From the IMG/VR virus record IMGVR_UViG_3300037962_000450, positions 16,722 through 80,721 of that record: 64,000 nt of DNA; one strand, written 5' to 3'. Positions within the stretch are counted from its first letter, which is position 1, and every line of letters starts with the position of its first letter. A model generated the notes under the pieces. That model saw only the letters and a program-made list of their open reading frames with translations. It had not been told where the DNA came from and did no database searches. A program made the translations under genes and the position numbers. Positions 16,249 through 26,630 of this stretch are shown here, piece after piece. Source of the DNA: a virus. Lineage: Duplodnaviria; Caudoviricetes.

Positions 16249-17256
16249 ATGACTACTTTTAATAGACCTAGCGAAGATCATCTTGCCCTGCTTCGCAAAA
16301 CAGGAGATACCGACGTTAATGTCGCAGTTGCCGCTCAGCGGGAATTTGCTAAAGCGTTGGAGCTTCCATTAAGAAAGGGCGTACTTGTTGGTAATATCCT
16401 TGGCGACATTTTTGAAACCATTAATGTTGAACCGGGAAGTACCACTGAATTTCCGTTAGACCTGATTTCTCCGGGTATGGAAGGCGACCATGTTGCTTAC
16501 ACCAACCCCGGACACGGTAGAATTCCAGAACGAGCAGTCGAGAGTGACTACGTGACTATTCCTACGTATAGCATCACGTCCTCAATCGACTACCTCTTGC
16601 GATACGCTAGAGAAGCTCGCTGGGATATCGTATCACGAGCTATGCAAGTGATGGAAGCTGGATTCGTCAAGAAAATGAATGACGATGGCTGGCACACACT
16701 TCTTGCTGCTGGTGTTGACCGTAACATCTTGGTCTACGATGGCGATGCAACTGCCGGTATGTTTACGAAGAGACTTGTCTCTTTGATGCAGACTGTCATG
16801 CGTCGTAACTCTGGCGGTAACAGTGCTTCAGTTGGCCGTGGTCGTCTAACTGACTTGTACGTTAGCCCAGAAGCTCTTGAAGATGTTCGTAACTGGGGTA
16901 TGGATCAGGTGGACGAAGTAACCCGCCGTGAAATCTACACCGCTGATGCAGAGGGTGCCCCAATCACCCGTATCTTTGGTGTTAACCTCCACTCCCTTGA
17001 TGAGCTTGGCGAAGGCCAAGAGTATCAGAGCTTCTTCACCAATGAGCTTGGTGGTGCAGTCCAATCCGCAGACTCTGAGCTTGTCGTTGGACTAGACCTG
17101 TCAAACCGCGACAGCTTTGTCATGCCTGTCAAGCAGCAGCTAGAAGTCTTTGAAGATCCTACTCTTCATCGTCAACAGCGCGCTGGCTTCTACGGCTGGG
17201 CAGAGATTGGTTTTGGTGTACTTGACAACAGAAGGGTTATCCTAGGCTCCTTCTAG
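16249..17256 (+). CDS. Major capsid protein (HK97 fold)
   Basis: Position, size, strong RBS, followed by a terminator; C-terminal GFYGWAEIGFGVLDNRRV is typical of the HK97 P-domain. Confidence 0.85.
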   Translation: MTTFNRPSEDHLALLRKTGDTDVNVAVAAQREFAKALELPLRKGVLVGNILGDIFETINVEPGSTTEFPLDLISPGMEGDHVAYTNPGHGRIPERAVESDYVTIPTYSITSSIDYLLRYAREARWDIVSRAMQVMEAGFVKKMNDDGWHTLLAAGVDRNILVYDGDATAGMFTKRLVSLMQTVMRRNSGGNSASVGRGRLTDLYVSPEALEDVRNWGMDQVDEVTRREIYTADAEGAPITRIFGVNLHSLDELGEGQEYQSFFTNELGGAVQSADSELVVGLDLSNRDSFVMPVKQQLEVFEDPTLHRQQRAGFYGWAEIGFGVLDNRRVILGSF

Positions 17257-17291
17257 GCCTAAAAGTACACTTTTTTAACTGCGCCCATGTT

Positions 17292-17328
17292 GAGCCGCCC
17301 CCAAATAAACGGGGGTGGCTCTTTTTTT
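17292..17328 (+). terminator. Rho-independent terminator after the MCP
   Basis: 11-bp stem GAGCCGCCCCC/GGGGGTGGCTC, 8-nt loop, then T7. Confidence 0.9.
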
Positions 17329-17330
17329 AT

Positions 17331-17339
17331 GTGTATATA
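17331..17339 (+). promoter_or_regulatory. Putative late promoter GTGTATATA (fibre operon)
   Basis: Immediately after the MCP terminator, re-initiating transcription before 17384. Confidence 0.6.
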
Positions 17340-17383
17340 CTAATAGAACATGTTCTTTTAGGACGAATTTATAGGAGATTAAA

Positions 17384-17899
17384 ATGGCTAACGCACTCTC
17401 TGATTATTTAGAATCAGGCCTACTAAACTACCTTTTTAGAGGGTATAGCTTTCCAAAACCTGAAAATATCTCTATTGCCTTGACCAGTGGAGTGCCACAA
17501 GACGCACATACAGGAGCTGGGCAACTTTACACAGGAGTAACAAACTCCCTTCCTGAACTATGTAGCGGTATTGATTATCTAGGCAAACCTACCCTAGGCG
17601 CTCAATCTTCAGGCACTGGATATTCCAGAGTAACACTAGGAGCACCATCAAACGAGAGGTGGTCGTATGTATCAGATGACTGGGACGCGGGAAGTGGTGT
17701 CATCAGAAATAGTGGGCAAATTGTTTTCAACACAGCCCTTACAGACTGGGGATGGGTGTCAGGTGTAGCCTTAGTAGATAACTCCACGATTGGAACTGGA
17801 AATCTATTAATGTGGGCGGAACTGGACAATCCAAGACTAATTTACACAGGAGACAACGTTAAGTTTGATGTTGGTACCTTAGAAATTAGCTTCAAATAA
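17384..17899 (+). CDS. Small virion fibre-associated structural protein
   Basis: SDYLE..LLN.LFRG...GYSRV...N...I.F..A..DWG.V...AL.D....GNLL pattern of a widespread phage tail/fibre-associated family. Confidence 0.7.
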   Translation: MANALSDYLESGLLNYLFRGYSFPKPENISIALTSGVPQDAHTGAGQLYTGVTNSLPELCSGIDYLGKPTLGAQSSGTGYSRVTLGAPSNERWSYVSDDWDAGSGVIRNSGQIVFNTALTDWGWVSGVALVDNSTIGTGNLLMWAELDNPRLIYTGDNVKFDVGTLEISFK

Positions 17900-17914
17900 A
17901 CAAGGTAGTCTCCG

Positions 17915-20900
17915 ATGATTCTGAATAAGCTAAAGCTTGTAGAAAATATAACAAGAGATATAGTCGATAACTCAACCGGCTTAGTATCTCCGCGAGATGT
18001 CAGGCAAAACATGCTTGACCTCGCTGATTCTGTACACTTACTTACCGCCGACCACAACCTATTTTCTAAAAACTTTGGTACGGTAGACACCAGAACAACA
18101 CGGGCTGGCGATAAAGCTATTGGCAAGCTAGACTTGCCCGGATACAAAAGTATCGACAATACCGCCTTTGGCTATTCAGCCCTTATGGATATTTATACCG
18201 GGGCTAGAAACACAGCCGTTGGTTCACACGCACTAGGCTGTGCGCTATACGGGCACGACAACATTGGTATTGGTAACAGCGCTGTTGCAGGCGCTGTTTT
18301 TGGTTCTGGTAATGTAGGGGTTGGTAACTTCAGTTTGCATAGAGTTAAGGAAGGAAACCTTAACATTGCAATTGGTCACGGAGCTGGCTACTATATAAAC
18401 CCAAATGACAGCTACAAGTTCTACCTCGGAAGTCACGACGTAAACAGTCAGTCTGTATGTGACAACCCTCTTGGTTCAGGACTGATACCCCTTCTTCACG
18501 GCGACTTGATCAGGCTGAAATTAGGGGTTGCTGTAAGCGGTCTAGACGACTACGGCAAGCTACAGGTTGGTGGAGATATAACACCTTCTGGTAGTGACCA
18601 GTTCAATTTGGGTCACTCAGACAGGCGGTGGAGACATATCCTAGCATCCCGATCACTTAACTATCCTTCCGGCAACGACTTCACTATCTCTAGATCAACA
18701 TCTGCCGGAAACAAAGATGTGCTATTCTTAGGAAGCGGCGGAGCCATAGGCGTTGGCAATAATACGCCATCTGGAAATCACGGCATCATTACTTCCAGTG
18801 GAAGCATTGTCCCCTTATGGAATGATAACTTTCAGCTTGGACACCCAGACCTAAGATGGGGAGCTGGCTTCTTTAAATCCCTCCACGTCAGTGGCGCTTT
18901 AGATGTAACTGAATATAACTACAAAGAAATCAATAGTTGTATATACGAATGTAAGACTCTTTATTTAGCGTCAAGTGGAGATCCGTGCTATTCAGGTGGT
19001 CCACCATGCGGATATCTCACAGACCAAGAGCTTGAAGGTGGAGGGTTAGTACTACAATCTAGCGGAACAGATGGTTCCGAGCAAGGGTTCTTCAGGAGAA
19101 ACTACGAGTGGGTTTACAGATCTCCAGACCCAACCCTGAAATGTTTAGAGACCGACTCCCCTTATTCCAGATCATCTTGGAATAGTAACATTAGCATTCA
19201 TGTTGCTTCAGGTTCACACGTAAGAACTGACAGGGTGACGGGATATGACACACTAGCCCTCATTAACCAAAACGGTTGTTACGGCTGGTTCATCCAGAGA
19301 GATGATGATATCATTAGGACTGGCGATCTTGGCCAGAATGAGATACAGAAGATTACAATCAACGCTACAGGTGGCACGTTTACGCTAACATATAGTGGGC
19401 AAACTACATCTGCTATCGCTTTTGACGCCTCTTCATCTGACGTACAGTCAGCACTGGAAGCCCTGTCAAACCTAGAAGTGGGTGATATTGCAGTTACCGG
19501 AAATAACGGCGGTCCTTGGACTGTTACGTTTACTGGGACATTAGCGAAAACTAACGTTGCTCAGATTACCTGCAATGGTTCAAACCTAACTTTGGGCGGC
19601 ACGGTAAACGAAAGCTCCAGAACATTCTTCGCTCATAGATACCTCTCGCAAAGAGTTAACAGTTTACAGTCTGTTTTCTTGTCCCACCGAACCGACTACT
19701 TCTATATCCGCAAAAACAGTTCCGCCACCCAAGGAGCCTTTAAACTTCGCATTAAAAGAGAAGATACCGGTGCTATATTCACAACTGAGCCAATCCCGTT
19801 TGATGCTACAAGAGTAGACGTTGCTGACGCTATTAATGATGCCGTAAAAGCGCAGGGCATAACAGGGGTTACGGTACTTTCTAGCTACGCATACGATTCC
19901 CACGAAGGCCAAATTGCAGGCGGAAGATATGACAGCATATCAGAGCTACTTAACAAAAGCCGCCAAACTTACAGATTTGATCCAACCGGCAAAGTGATGG
20001 TGGTGGGAGAACAAACCTCTTACCGGTACTCATGGTTCTTCATAGTAAGTGGTCGCCCAGATCGAGCAGCGATAAGCGGCAACAAAAACCCAAAAATCAG
20101 CCTTCATCGGGACGACGTTGGTGCGCAAAACTTTCACAGCGAGGGTATGGACGGATCTCAATCGTTCTACTACATTAAGTACGCAGAGACCCACAAGACC
20201 CAGACCGACCTTGTTCATTACGCCGGTAATGGACAATATGATAATGATGCCGAGCCATCTGATGTAGGACTTAAGGTTGTGTGGCGTCAGCCAATAACCG
20301 GTGGGGCCACCAAAGAGGTTGAGTTCTTCACAAGCGATACAGTGGCTATCGCCCAGCCTAAATTTGACGCCGTATTTGGGGCTGGAGCAGTTGAGATATC
20401 ATCCAATGGTGCAGGTACGGCCCACCACACAATTGGCTACTGGCCCGAAGGATCTGCCGCTGACGATTTTGCTCAAGCCGGTTGGTTTATTAAGTATAAA
20501 AGCGCTGAACTTTTAGCAGAAGATATAACACCGTATATTATATATGCCGACAGGAAAGAGTACAGCCGCAATGTCCGTAGTATTCCAACTCGCGACGGTA
20601 GCACGTTAGACACTAGCGCATCCTATCTTCCATATCTATCCGTTTATCTATACCGTTCCGAAGGTGAAGGGCCTACCATCGCTACGGGAACATGCTCTAC
20701 CGAAACAATGCAAGAAGGGATGGCTGACATATCAGCGATCACTAAAGTTGATAACGTTGTCTACCTAACCAAAGAAGACCATATCACACCAAACCCAATT
20801 AGCCCCGAAGGTAAGATTGGTAATGTCACAGACGTAAACTTTATTGCGTCAGGTGTTGATAGAGATTATCACGTCAGCTATTCCCACCTAAACTCTGGTG

Positions 20901-23290
20901 TTACAGTTGGTCAGCGCCTTGTCACCAGAACAATGGCCAAACGGACAGATTCAGCTATTCCTCCAAGAGAGAAGGTTACTGGATTTAGCATTGACTATAT
21001 AGACGAGAAAGATGAAGTTGGTTACACTGGCCAACGTCAAGATCGCCTAGTGGTTGCCGCATACGACGACACCGTAGACCCACTTAACGCGATGACGATC
21101 ATGAGGTCTGACAGTCCGGGATTGGTTGGTATTAGCGATATCGAAAACGCTGCCCATGTTATCCTCCCCGAGACTATCTTTAATATTCAGAGCACGGGTG
21201 AAACCATAGCTCGCAATACCACTTGGGGCACAACGGAGAAGACCTCTCTCCAGCTACTTGGGGCGCAGAACAATCCGCTTGACACGGAGTCGGAAGGTGT
21301 TGAACTTGAATACACCGTAACAAACAGAAGAGCCGACATGTCCCTATGGGATGATGGCGGAAGCAAGGTTGTCATTTCACTCGACAATAACAACAAGTTT
21401 GTCGGCATTCATAAGCTTGATCCTAACGAAATGCTAACTCTAGGCAGCGGTCTTGATGGAAGCGATCCTGCCATCAGCATGAGAGAAAGATCTGAAAAAC
21501 CTAGCTCCACAGCAGATTACGGAAAGATCTACATAAAGCCAAAGAGTATCACCAACCAGACGCAATCAGCATATCTACTTGACGATGCGGGTAATGAATT
21601 TGACCTTACCCTTAACAAGTACGACATGAACGACGCGAGAGCCGTCTATACAGACGATTGGTGCAATACGCTTGCCGGTAAACTCTCCAATAAAGACAGA
21701 AGCACAATCAGCTCCTCAGAACAGTCCAATACTGGGTACGGTTGCCACGCGCTTTATGACATCAATGGCGGTGATAACAATGTAGCTATCGGCGCTTATG
21801 CGGGAGATGAAATAACTACCGGCTCACGTAACATTACTATTGGCGACAATTCAGCAACCTCACTTAAGACGGGCAATGACAACATTATCATTGGACGTTT
21901 GGCTGGCGAGAACTCTCCGCAGAATATGAGTAACAACATATTCATAGGAAACGATATTGGTAAGAACCTATCAAGCCCAAGCGACTATAAACTATTAATT
22001 GGGCACTCAGACAAAGTTCTCCTCAAGGGTGTCATGGGTCCGCAAGACAGTGATAAGGTTCTTGAAATTGAAAATGGTAGATTCAGAGTTTCTTCCGCTG
22101 ACGACTACATCGAAGTTAGACAGCAGAACGGCATCTTTGCTTCGGAAACCGCTACTGTTCTCGACGTTGTTGACACTAACCATGACCATGCGCAGGGTGG
22201 CATTGGCTTTAACTTTACAGGCCTAGAAAATGGTGTTATTCAAAACACACATACACTCCTGAAACTCAGAAGCCACAAAACAAAGAGCTACAACTGTGGC
22301 CTCTGGCCGTCAGAGGATGAAAGAGATCCATATGCAGAGCTAGATGGAGACCTGTATTTAGGAGGATCTATTAACTTCTGTGACGGAACCAGCATGGCAA
22401 GTACCAGCGGCATAGTTATTATTGCCGGTACTGGAATAAGCGAGCAGCTTAATACCACCCTAAACAACATGGAGTTCCACCTCAACATAGAAGAGTTGCA
22501 GTCTGGCATTAAATCACCACTGTTAGACCAAGCTGTTCCAAGCAACCTTAACTCATATGTTGCGGTTAGCACAAGTGGCGTTGTAGGTAAGATGAACTTA
22601 CAGACACTAGGCAACTACCTACAAGAGAACACTGCATATATACAAGACTGTCACAACCACATTTTCAGCAACACAACAAATGTAGATAAGACTGTTAATT
22701 GCAGAAACTTCTACGCTGGATACAAAGCTGGAAATCTATCCACAGGCTGGACAGACTCTAACTTCATCGGAACAGAAGCCGGAGCTGGAGCTACAATTAC
22801 ATACAACGAGGCAACCAACTGGTCCTCTACATTTATAGGATACAGAGCCGGATACAACGCTGCTAACGTTGACCATTCTGTATTCATAGGGTCTCAAGCT
22901 GGTCTTGACGCAGACAATGCAAGATACTCAGTATTCATTGGAGACTCTGCTGGAGACAGGTCTTACAGTAATAGGTCTGTGGGTATTGGAGACAACGCAC
23001 TACAGGGAGTAACGGGTACTAATAATATTGAAATCACTGCTGGCGTTGGAGGCTCAAACAGAGTAATGTCAGATGGCTCCACCCACGATATGAAGATTGC
23101 TATCGGTAACTGTCTTGCCGGAGACATGTCCAATAGAAGAATGTCAATAGGATTCCCGAACTTAAACCCAGATGCAGTTCTTGAAGTTAGAGCTAATGGA
23201 ACTGAAACCAGACTACAGGAGTGGAAAAACAACGCCGGTACAGTAGTAGCCTACGTGGACAACAATGGTAACTTTGTTAAGGTGACATAA
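17915..23290 (+). CDS. 1791-aa fibre/adhesin-like virion protein
   Basis: YadA-head-like NTAxGxxAL repeats at three places; I.P..D.F.LG....RW motifs; GGTFTLTYSGQTT.AIAFDA...DVQSALEAL domain. Confidence 0.75.
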   Translation: MILNKLKLVENITRDIVDNSTGLVSPRDVRQNMLDLADSVHLLTADHNLFSKNFGTVDTRTTRAGDKAIGKLDLPGYKSIDNTAFGYSALMDIYTGARNTAVGSHALGCALYGHDNIGIGNSAVAGAVFGSGNVGVGNFSLHRVKEGNLNIAIGHGAGYYINPNDSYKFYLGSHDVNSQSVCDNPLGSGLIPLLHGDLIRLKLGVAVSGLDDYGKLQVGGDITPSGSDQFNLGHSDRRWRHILASRSLNYPSGNDFTISRSTSAGNKDVLFLGSGGAIGVGNNTPSGNHGIITSSGSIVPLWNDNFQLGHPDLRWGAGFFKSLHVSGALDVTEYNYKEINSCIYECKTLYLASSGDPCYSGGPPCGYLTDQELEGGGLVLQSSGTDGSEQGFFRRNYEWVYRSPDPTLKCLETDSPYSRSSWNSNISIHVASGSHVRTDRVTGYDTLALINQNGCYGWFIQRDDDIIRTGDLGQNEIQKITINATGGTFTLTYSGQTTSAIAFDASSSDVQSALEALSNLEVGDIAVTGNNGGPWTVTFTGTLAKTNVAQITCNGSNLTLGGTVNESSRTFFAHRYLSQRVNSLQSVFLSHRTDYFYIRKNSSATQGAFKLRIKREDTGAIFTTEPIPFDATRVDVADAINDAVKAQGITGVTVLSSYAYDSHEGQIAGGRYDSISELLNKSRQTYRFDPTGKVMVVGEQTSYRYSWFFIVSGRPDRAAISGNKNPKISLHRDDVGAQNFHSEGMDGSQSFYYIKYAETHKTQTDLVHYAGNGQYDNDAEPSDVGLKVVWRQPITGGATKEVEFFTSDTVAIAQPKFDAVFGAGAVEISSNGAGTAHHTIGYWPEGSAADDFAQAGWFIKYKSAELLAEDITPYIIYADRKEYSRNVRSIPTRDGSTLDTSASYLPYLSVYLYRSEGEGPTIATGTCSTETMQEGMADISAITKVDNVVYLTKEDHITPNPISPEGKIGNVTDVNFIASGVDRDYHVSYSHLNSGVTVGQRLVTRTMAKRTDSAIPPREKVTGFSIDYIDEKDEVGYTGQRQDRLVVAAYDDTVDPLNAMTIMRSDSPGLVGISDIENAAHVILPETIFNIQSTGETIARNTTWGTTEKTSLQLLGAQNNPLDTESEGVELEYTVTNRRADMSLWDDGGSKVVISLDNNNKFVGIHKLDPNEMLTLGSGLDGSDPAISMRERSEKPSSTADYGKIYIKPKSITNQTQSAYLLDDAGNEFDLTLNKYDMNDARAVYTDDWCNTLAGKLSNKDRSTISSSEQSNTGYGCHALYDINGGDNNVAIGAYAGDEITTGSRNITIGDNSATSLKTGNDNIIIGRLAGENSPQNMSNNIFIGNDIGKNLSSPSDYKLLIGHSDKVLLKGVMGPQDSDKVLEIENGRFRVSSADDYIEVRQQNGIFASETATVLDVVDTNHDHAQGGIGFNFTGLENGVIQNTHTLLKLRSHKTKSYNCGLWPSEDERDPYAELDGDLYLGGSINFCDGTSMASTSGIVIIAGTGISEQLNTTLNNMEFHLNIEELQSGIKSPLLDQAVPSNLNSYVAVSTSGVVGKMNLQTLGNYLQENTAYIQDCHNHIFSNTTNVDKTVNCRNFYAGYKAGNLSTGWTDSNFIGTEAGAGATITYNEATNWSSTFIGYRAGYNAANVDHSVFIGSQAGLDADNARYSVFIGDSAGDRSYSNRSVGIGDNALQGVTGTNNIEITAGVGGSNRVMSDGSTHDMKIAIGNCLAGDMSNRRMSIGFPNLNPDAVLEVRANGTETRLQEWKNNAGTVVAYVDNNGNFVKVT

Positions 23291-24255
23291 TGGCGTTTGT
23301 CATAGCAGACAGAGTAAAGGAGACTAGTACTACTGCTGGAGCTGACACCATAACTCTGGGAGCCGGAGACTTTGGTGGCTATCAAACCTTCAACCAAGGT
23401 ATTGGCGATGGCAATAATACTTACTATGCAATAGAAAACAATTTAAAGTGGGAAGTTGGAATAGGAACCTACAGCTCAAGCTTAAACACACTGTCAAGAG
23501 ACACCGTTTTAGCTAGCAGCGAGGGGGGATCTAAGGTTGCACTAGATGGAGTGTCCTTAGTTCTTTCCACCTCCCCCGCAAGCAAGTCGGTACTACTAAA
23601 TAAAGACGATTACATAACCAGTTTTTCACCGTCCTACTTAGGAATCCAATACCCAGATGGAACTGTACAGACTACCGCCCCTCAACCAAGCGGTTATCTT
23701 GCGGCACCACCAAACGGAAGGACACCACTAACTTTAACCCGAACCAATGCGGGTTCACTACTAGACACATATATAGACAACAGCTACGACAGAACTGTTA
23801 GTCTGCATATAAATAACAGTCCGGTATCCAACCCCACTTGGAAGCTGGGCATGAAGGACTCACCATCCTCATATTCCGAAGCACCTAGTTACGGATATGC
23901 TTATGGAAAAAACGGTTCTGCTGGAATGCAGGCAACAACATCAACAGGCTTTGTCATACACGATGCAAACGGCTTTTGGGTTAGACATTTAAATGTTGAT
24001 GCACTAAACGTTTCGTCCTCAACCACACAACCAACAGTTTCAGTAAGAAGCGCGATATTACAATCATCAAACCTGCAAGAATGGCAGGGTCATGATTCAG
24101 TATCACTACTATCTGTGAACACTAAAGGTGCCCTAGTTTTTAACAAGAAGATTTCAGATAATGACGCCCCAAATAGCTCATTGTTTTACAGTTCAACTCA
24201 AAACAAACTTGTATTCAAGGACAGTTCTGGAGACATTAACCCACTGTACAGTTAA
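23290..24255 (+). CDS. Fibre-like virion protein
   Basis: N-terminal ADRVKETSTT...YYAI...WEVGIGTY anchor domain, shared with 27627; C-terminal LQEW motif, shared with 17915. Confidence 0.7.
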   Translation: MAFVIADRVKETSTTAGADTITLGAGDFGGYQTFNQGIGDGNNTYYAIENNLKWEVGIGTYSSSLNTLSRDTVLASSEGGSKVALDGVSLVLSTSPASKSVLLNKDDYITSFSPSYLGIQYPDGTVQTTAPQPSGYLAAPPNGRTPLTLTRTNAGSLLDTYIDNSYDRTVSLHINNSPVSNPTWKLGMKDSPSSYSEAPSYGYAYGKNGSAGMQATTSTGFVIHDANGFWVRHLNVDALNVSSSTTQPTVSVRSAILQSSNLQEWQGHDSVSLLSVNTKGALVFNKKISDNDAPNSSLFYSSTQNKLVFKDSSGDINPLYS

Positions 24256-24292
24256 CCCCCTTATTTATTGATAAAATATTTTACTATTTTTA

Positions 24293-24301
24293 GTGTATAA
24301 T
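24293..24301 (+). promoter_or_regulatory. Putative late promoter GTGTATAAT
   Basis: Intergenic, after a T-tract, about 40 bp before ATG 24344. Confidence 0.6.
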
Positions 24302-24343
24302 ATCACAGGAAAGAACTATACCAGAGGCATTTAGGAGACAATA

Positions 24344-24706
24344 ATGGCAATTTTCCAATTAGAAATAGACGACGCTGACGTAGATCGAGTATTAACAGCA
24401 GTATCTCACAACTACGGTTGGCAGAGTCTTGTACCTAATCCTGACTACGTAATGCAGGAAGTTGTAGATGAAAACGGAGATCCAGTGTTGGATGAGAACG
24501 GTGAACCAACATACGCCGCGCCAGTAGATGAAAACGGAGATCCGCTACCAAGAGAGATTGACAACCCGGAAACCATGGGTGATTTCACACATAGAATAGT
24601 AAGACAGTTTCTAGCTGAGCATGTTAGAACTTATGAAATTCAACAGGCCAGAAGCGCTGCTATTGACGGCCTAAACACAGATGTCACCATTGGAGACCCT
24701 ACTTAA
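24344..24706 (+). CDS. Small acidic protein with DENG(D/E)P repeats
   Basis: RBS AGGAG; three DENG(D/E)P motifs; a 20-bp DNA repeat GTAGATGAAAACGGAGATCC occurs twice. Confidence 0.75.
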   Translation: MAIFQLEIDDADVDRVLTAVSHNYGWQSLVPNPDYVMQEVVDENGDPVLDENGEPTYAAPVDENGDPLPREIDNPETMGDFTHRIVRQFLAEHVRTYEIQQARSAAIDGLNTDVTIGDPT

Positions 24707-25689
24707 TGTTTGGGACTTTTTCATTTTCTGATAGCACTTTTGCTGAGTCTAAACTAAAAAATAGAAACAACCTAGAATATAGTATAGATTTAGGGGTTCA
24801 GACTATAGACAAAAAAGCTGTCAACTTGTGTGCGAGTACGATCAGAGCTATGACCATAGGTACCCAACATGATAAGGACATGGCTATAGACGTTCAATAC
24901 GACACAGTTATGAATATAGATACCCAATACGGCATAGAACTACTAGGAACACCACGCGAGGTTGGTTACTACAATGACGAGATAGCCTACCTAAACCCGT
25001 GGTACCGTTGGACATTTAACAACACACTGGATGATAGTGGATACGGAACAAGCAACACCCCTAGAAATGGAACAGGTTATGGAACCATAGCTTACACCTC
25101 CGGTGGTGGAATTATCCCTTCCATGCCTTGGGAGTCTATCGACCTTAACCCAGACGACGAAGTAAGGATATCAGACTCTCCAAATATAAACACTGGAACT
25201 GGATACACATTTGAAAAACGCTCAATATCTGTTTGGGCAGAATTTGATTCTGTTTCTGGAACTGACGGGAATGGGCGAGTTATTTGGGAACAGGGTGGAG
25301 GAAGCAACTGGTGGTCTATTTATCTATATGATTCAAACTTATATACATGCATTGGGGAGTCGAATAAGCAGAAAGGATATTGTTCATCGCCAGTTTCCGC
25401 TTCAACTTTATACCTAATTACTGTAACTATTGATTTATCACTAGAATCAAATCAAATGAAATTATATATTAATGGCTCCCTTGTAAGTGAAACTACTACA
25501 TCGGCAGGCTCAAGCCTTTCTTCTCACAGCGGTAACATCGCGTGGGGAGGGCCAAACTCAAGTCCAAGAAATCATTTAAACCAAAGTATTACAGCTAACG
25601 TTGACGCGAGATTAGCAGATGGGTGTTATTGGTATGAACGAGCATTGACACCTAGAGAAATTTCAAACATTTGGTCAACAGGTAATTAA
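24706..25689 (+). CDS. LamG/concanavalin A-like lectin-domain virion protein
   Basis: RWTFNN...ISVWAEF...YLITVT...MKLYINGSLV...WYERALTPREI LamG pattern; N-terminal MFGTFSFSDSTFAE. Confidence 0.8.
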   Translation: MFGTFSFSDSTFAESKLKNRNNLEYSIDLGVQTIDKKAVNLCASTIRAMTIGTQHDKDMAIDVQYDTVMNIDTQYGIELLGTPREVGYYNDEIAYLNPWYRWTFNNTLDDSGYGTSNTPRNGTGYGTIAYTSGGGIIPSMPWESIDLNPDDEVRISDSPNINTGTGYTFEKRSISVWAEFDSVSGTDGNGRVIWEQGGGSNWWSIYLYDSNLYTCIGESNKQKGYCSSPVSASTLYLITVTIDLSLESNQMKLYINGSLVSETTTSAGSSLSSHSGNIAWGGPNSSPRNHLNQSITANVDARLADGCYWYERALTPREISNIWSTGN

Positions 25690-25775
25690 CAAAGTGGGAG
25701 TATGGCATGGTTGTCACATTTATTTTGTCTATTACAACCCAACGGGAAGTACCATTCATTTTATAGGTTTTAATA

Positions 25776-26090
25776 ATGGCCAGTGAAATACATGTAAATG
25801 ACGTAGGCACTAGATTTCTAGTAACCGTAAAAGACGGAACCTCAACAGTAGATGTTTCGCCAGCAGGAGCTACAGGAGTCTTGACTTTCAAAAAGCCTGA
25901 CGACACAACAATCGCCAGAACAGCATCCACCTTAACCGATGGTAGCGCTGTTTCTGGGGTTATGTACTACGATACAATAGCGGGAGATTTAAACCAAGCC
26001 GGTCTCTGGAAAATTCAGGGAAAAGTTACCATCAGTAGTGGAACATTTTACACGGACATCCAAGGCTTTAACGTTCACTGTAACCTATAA
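25776..26090 (+). CDS. BppU N-terminal-like Ig domain protein
   Basis: NDVGTRFLVTVKD...LTFKKPD...G.MYY....GDLNQAGLWKIQGKV pattern. Confidence 0.65.
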   Translation: MASEIHVNDVGTRFLVTVKDGTSTVDVSPAGATGVLTFKKPDDTTIARTASTLTDGSAVSGVMYYDTIAGDLNQAGLWKIQGKVTISSGTFYTDIQGFNVHCNL

Positions 26091-26101
26091 GGAGTCACAA
26101 A

Positions 26102-26611
26102 ATGTCTTGGCAAGGTCAAATATCCACAATGGTAAGATATTTAGTAGACGACATAGACCCTACTAACTATAAATATGCAAACAAGAGAGTTGAGACCACC
26201 ATCTTAGTGGCCGCTCAATTCGTCACACTACAAACAGATTTTAATAACACCTATACGATTAATGTAGAGCAATGCACTCTATCGCCAGATCCAACCGACA
26301 GCGATACAAAAGATAATGCCTTTATAAACCTAACTGCTTTAAAGGCTGCTTGTATTATGCTTGGTAGTGAGGTAAGGAGTGAATCGGGGAACGCCATTTC
26401 AATTAAGGACGGCCCCTCAGCTATTGACCTCAGAGGCGTTGCCTCTACATTAGTCACCTTATACCAAGACTTGTGTAAAAAGTACGATCAAATGTTACTA
26501 GATTACCGCGCCGGTAGCAGCGTGGCTGGACAGGCTATTCTCGGCCCATACAGTCCCGGTTCTGATTTAGTGTCTCGCGGGAACTTGGGTCACAGAGACG
26601 GATATTTATAA
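26102..26611 (+). CDS. Head-tail adaptor (neck) protein
   Basis: Helical, VRYLVDDIDP.NY.Y start, size and position typical of gp15/gp6-like adaptors. Confidence 0.55.
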   Translation: MSWQGQISTMVRYLVDDIDPTNYKYANKRVETTILVAAQFVTLQTDFNNTYTINVEQCTLSPDPTDSDTKDNAFINLTALKAACIMLGSEVRSESGNAISIKDGPSAIDLRGVASTLVTLYQDLCKKYDQMLLDYRAGSSVAGQAILGPYSPGSDLVSRGNLGHRDGYL

Positions 26612-26630
26612 GATTTAAAGGAGCAGACAA

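Noticed and set aside
9980-17256. Inteins or introns in terminase, portal or capsid genes; stop-codon reassignment
   Set aside because: ORFs are continuous at normal lengths under code 11, and all three stop codons terminate genes; no splicing motifs seen.
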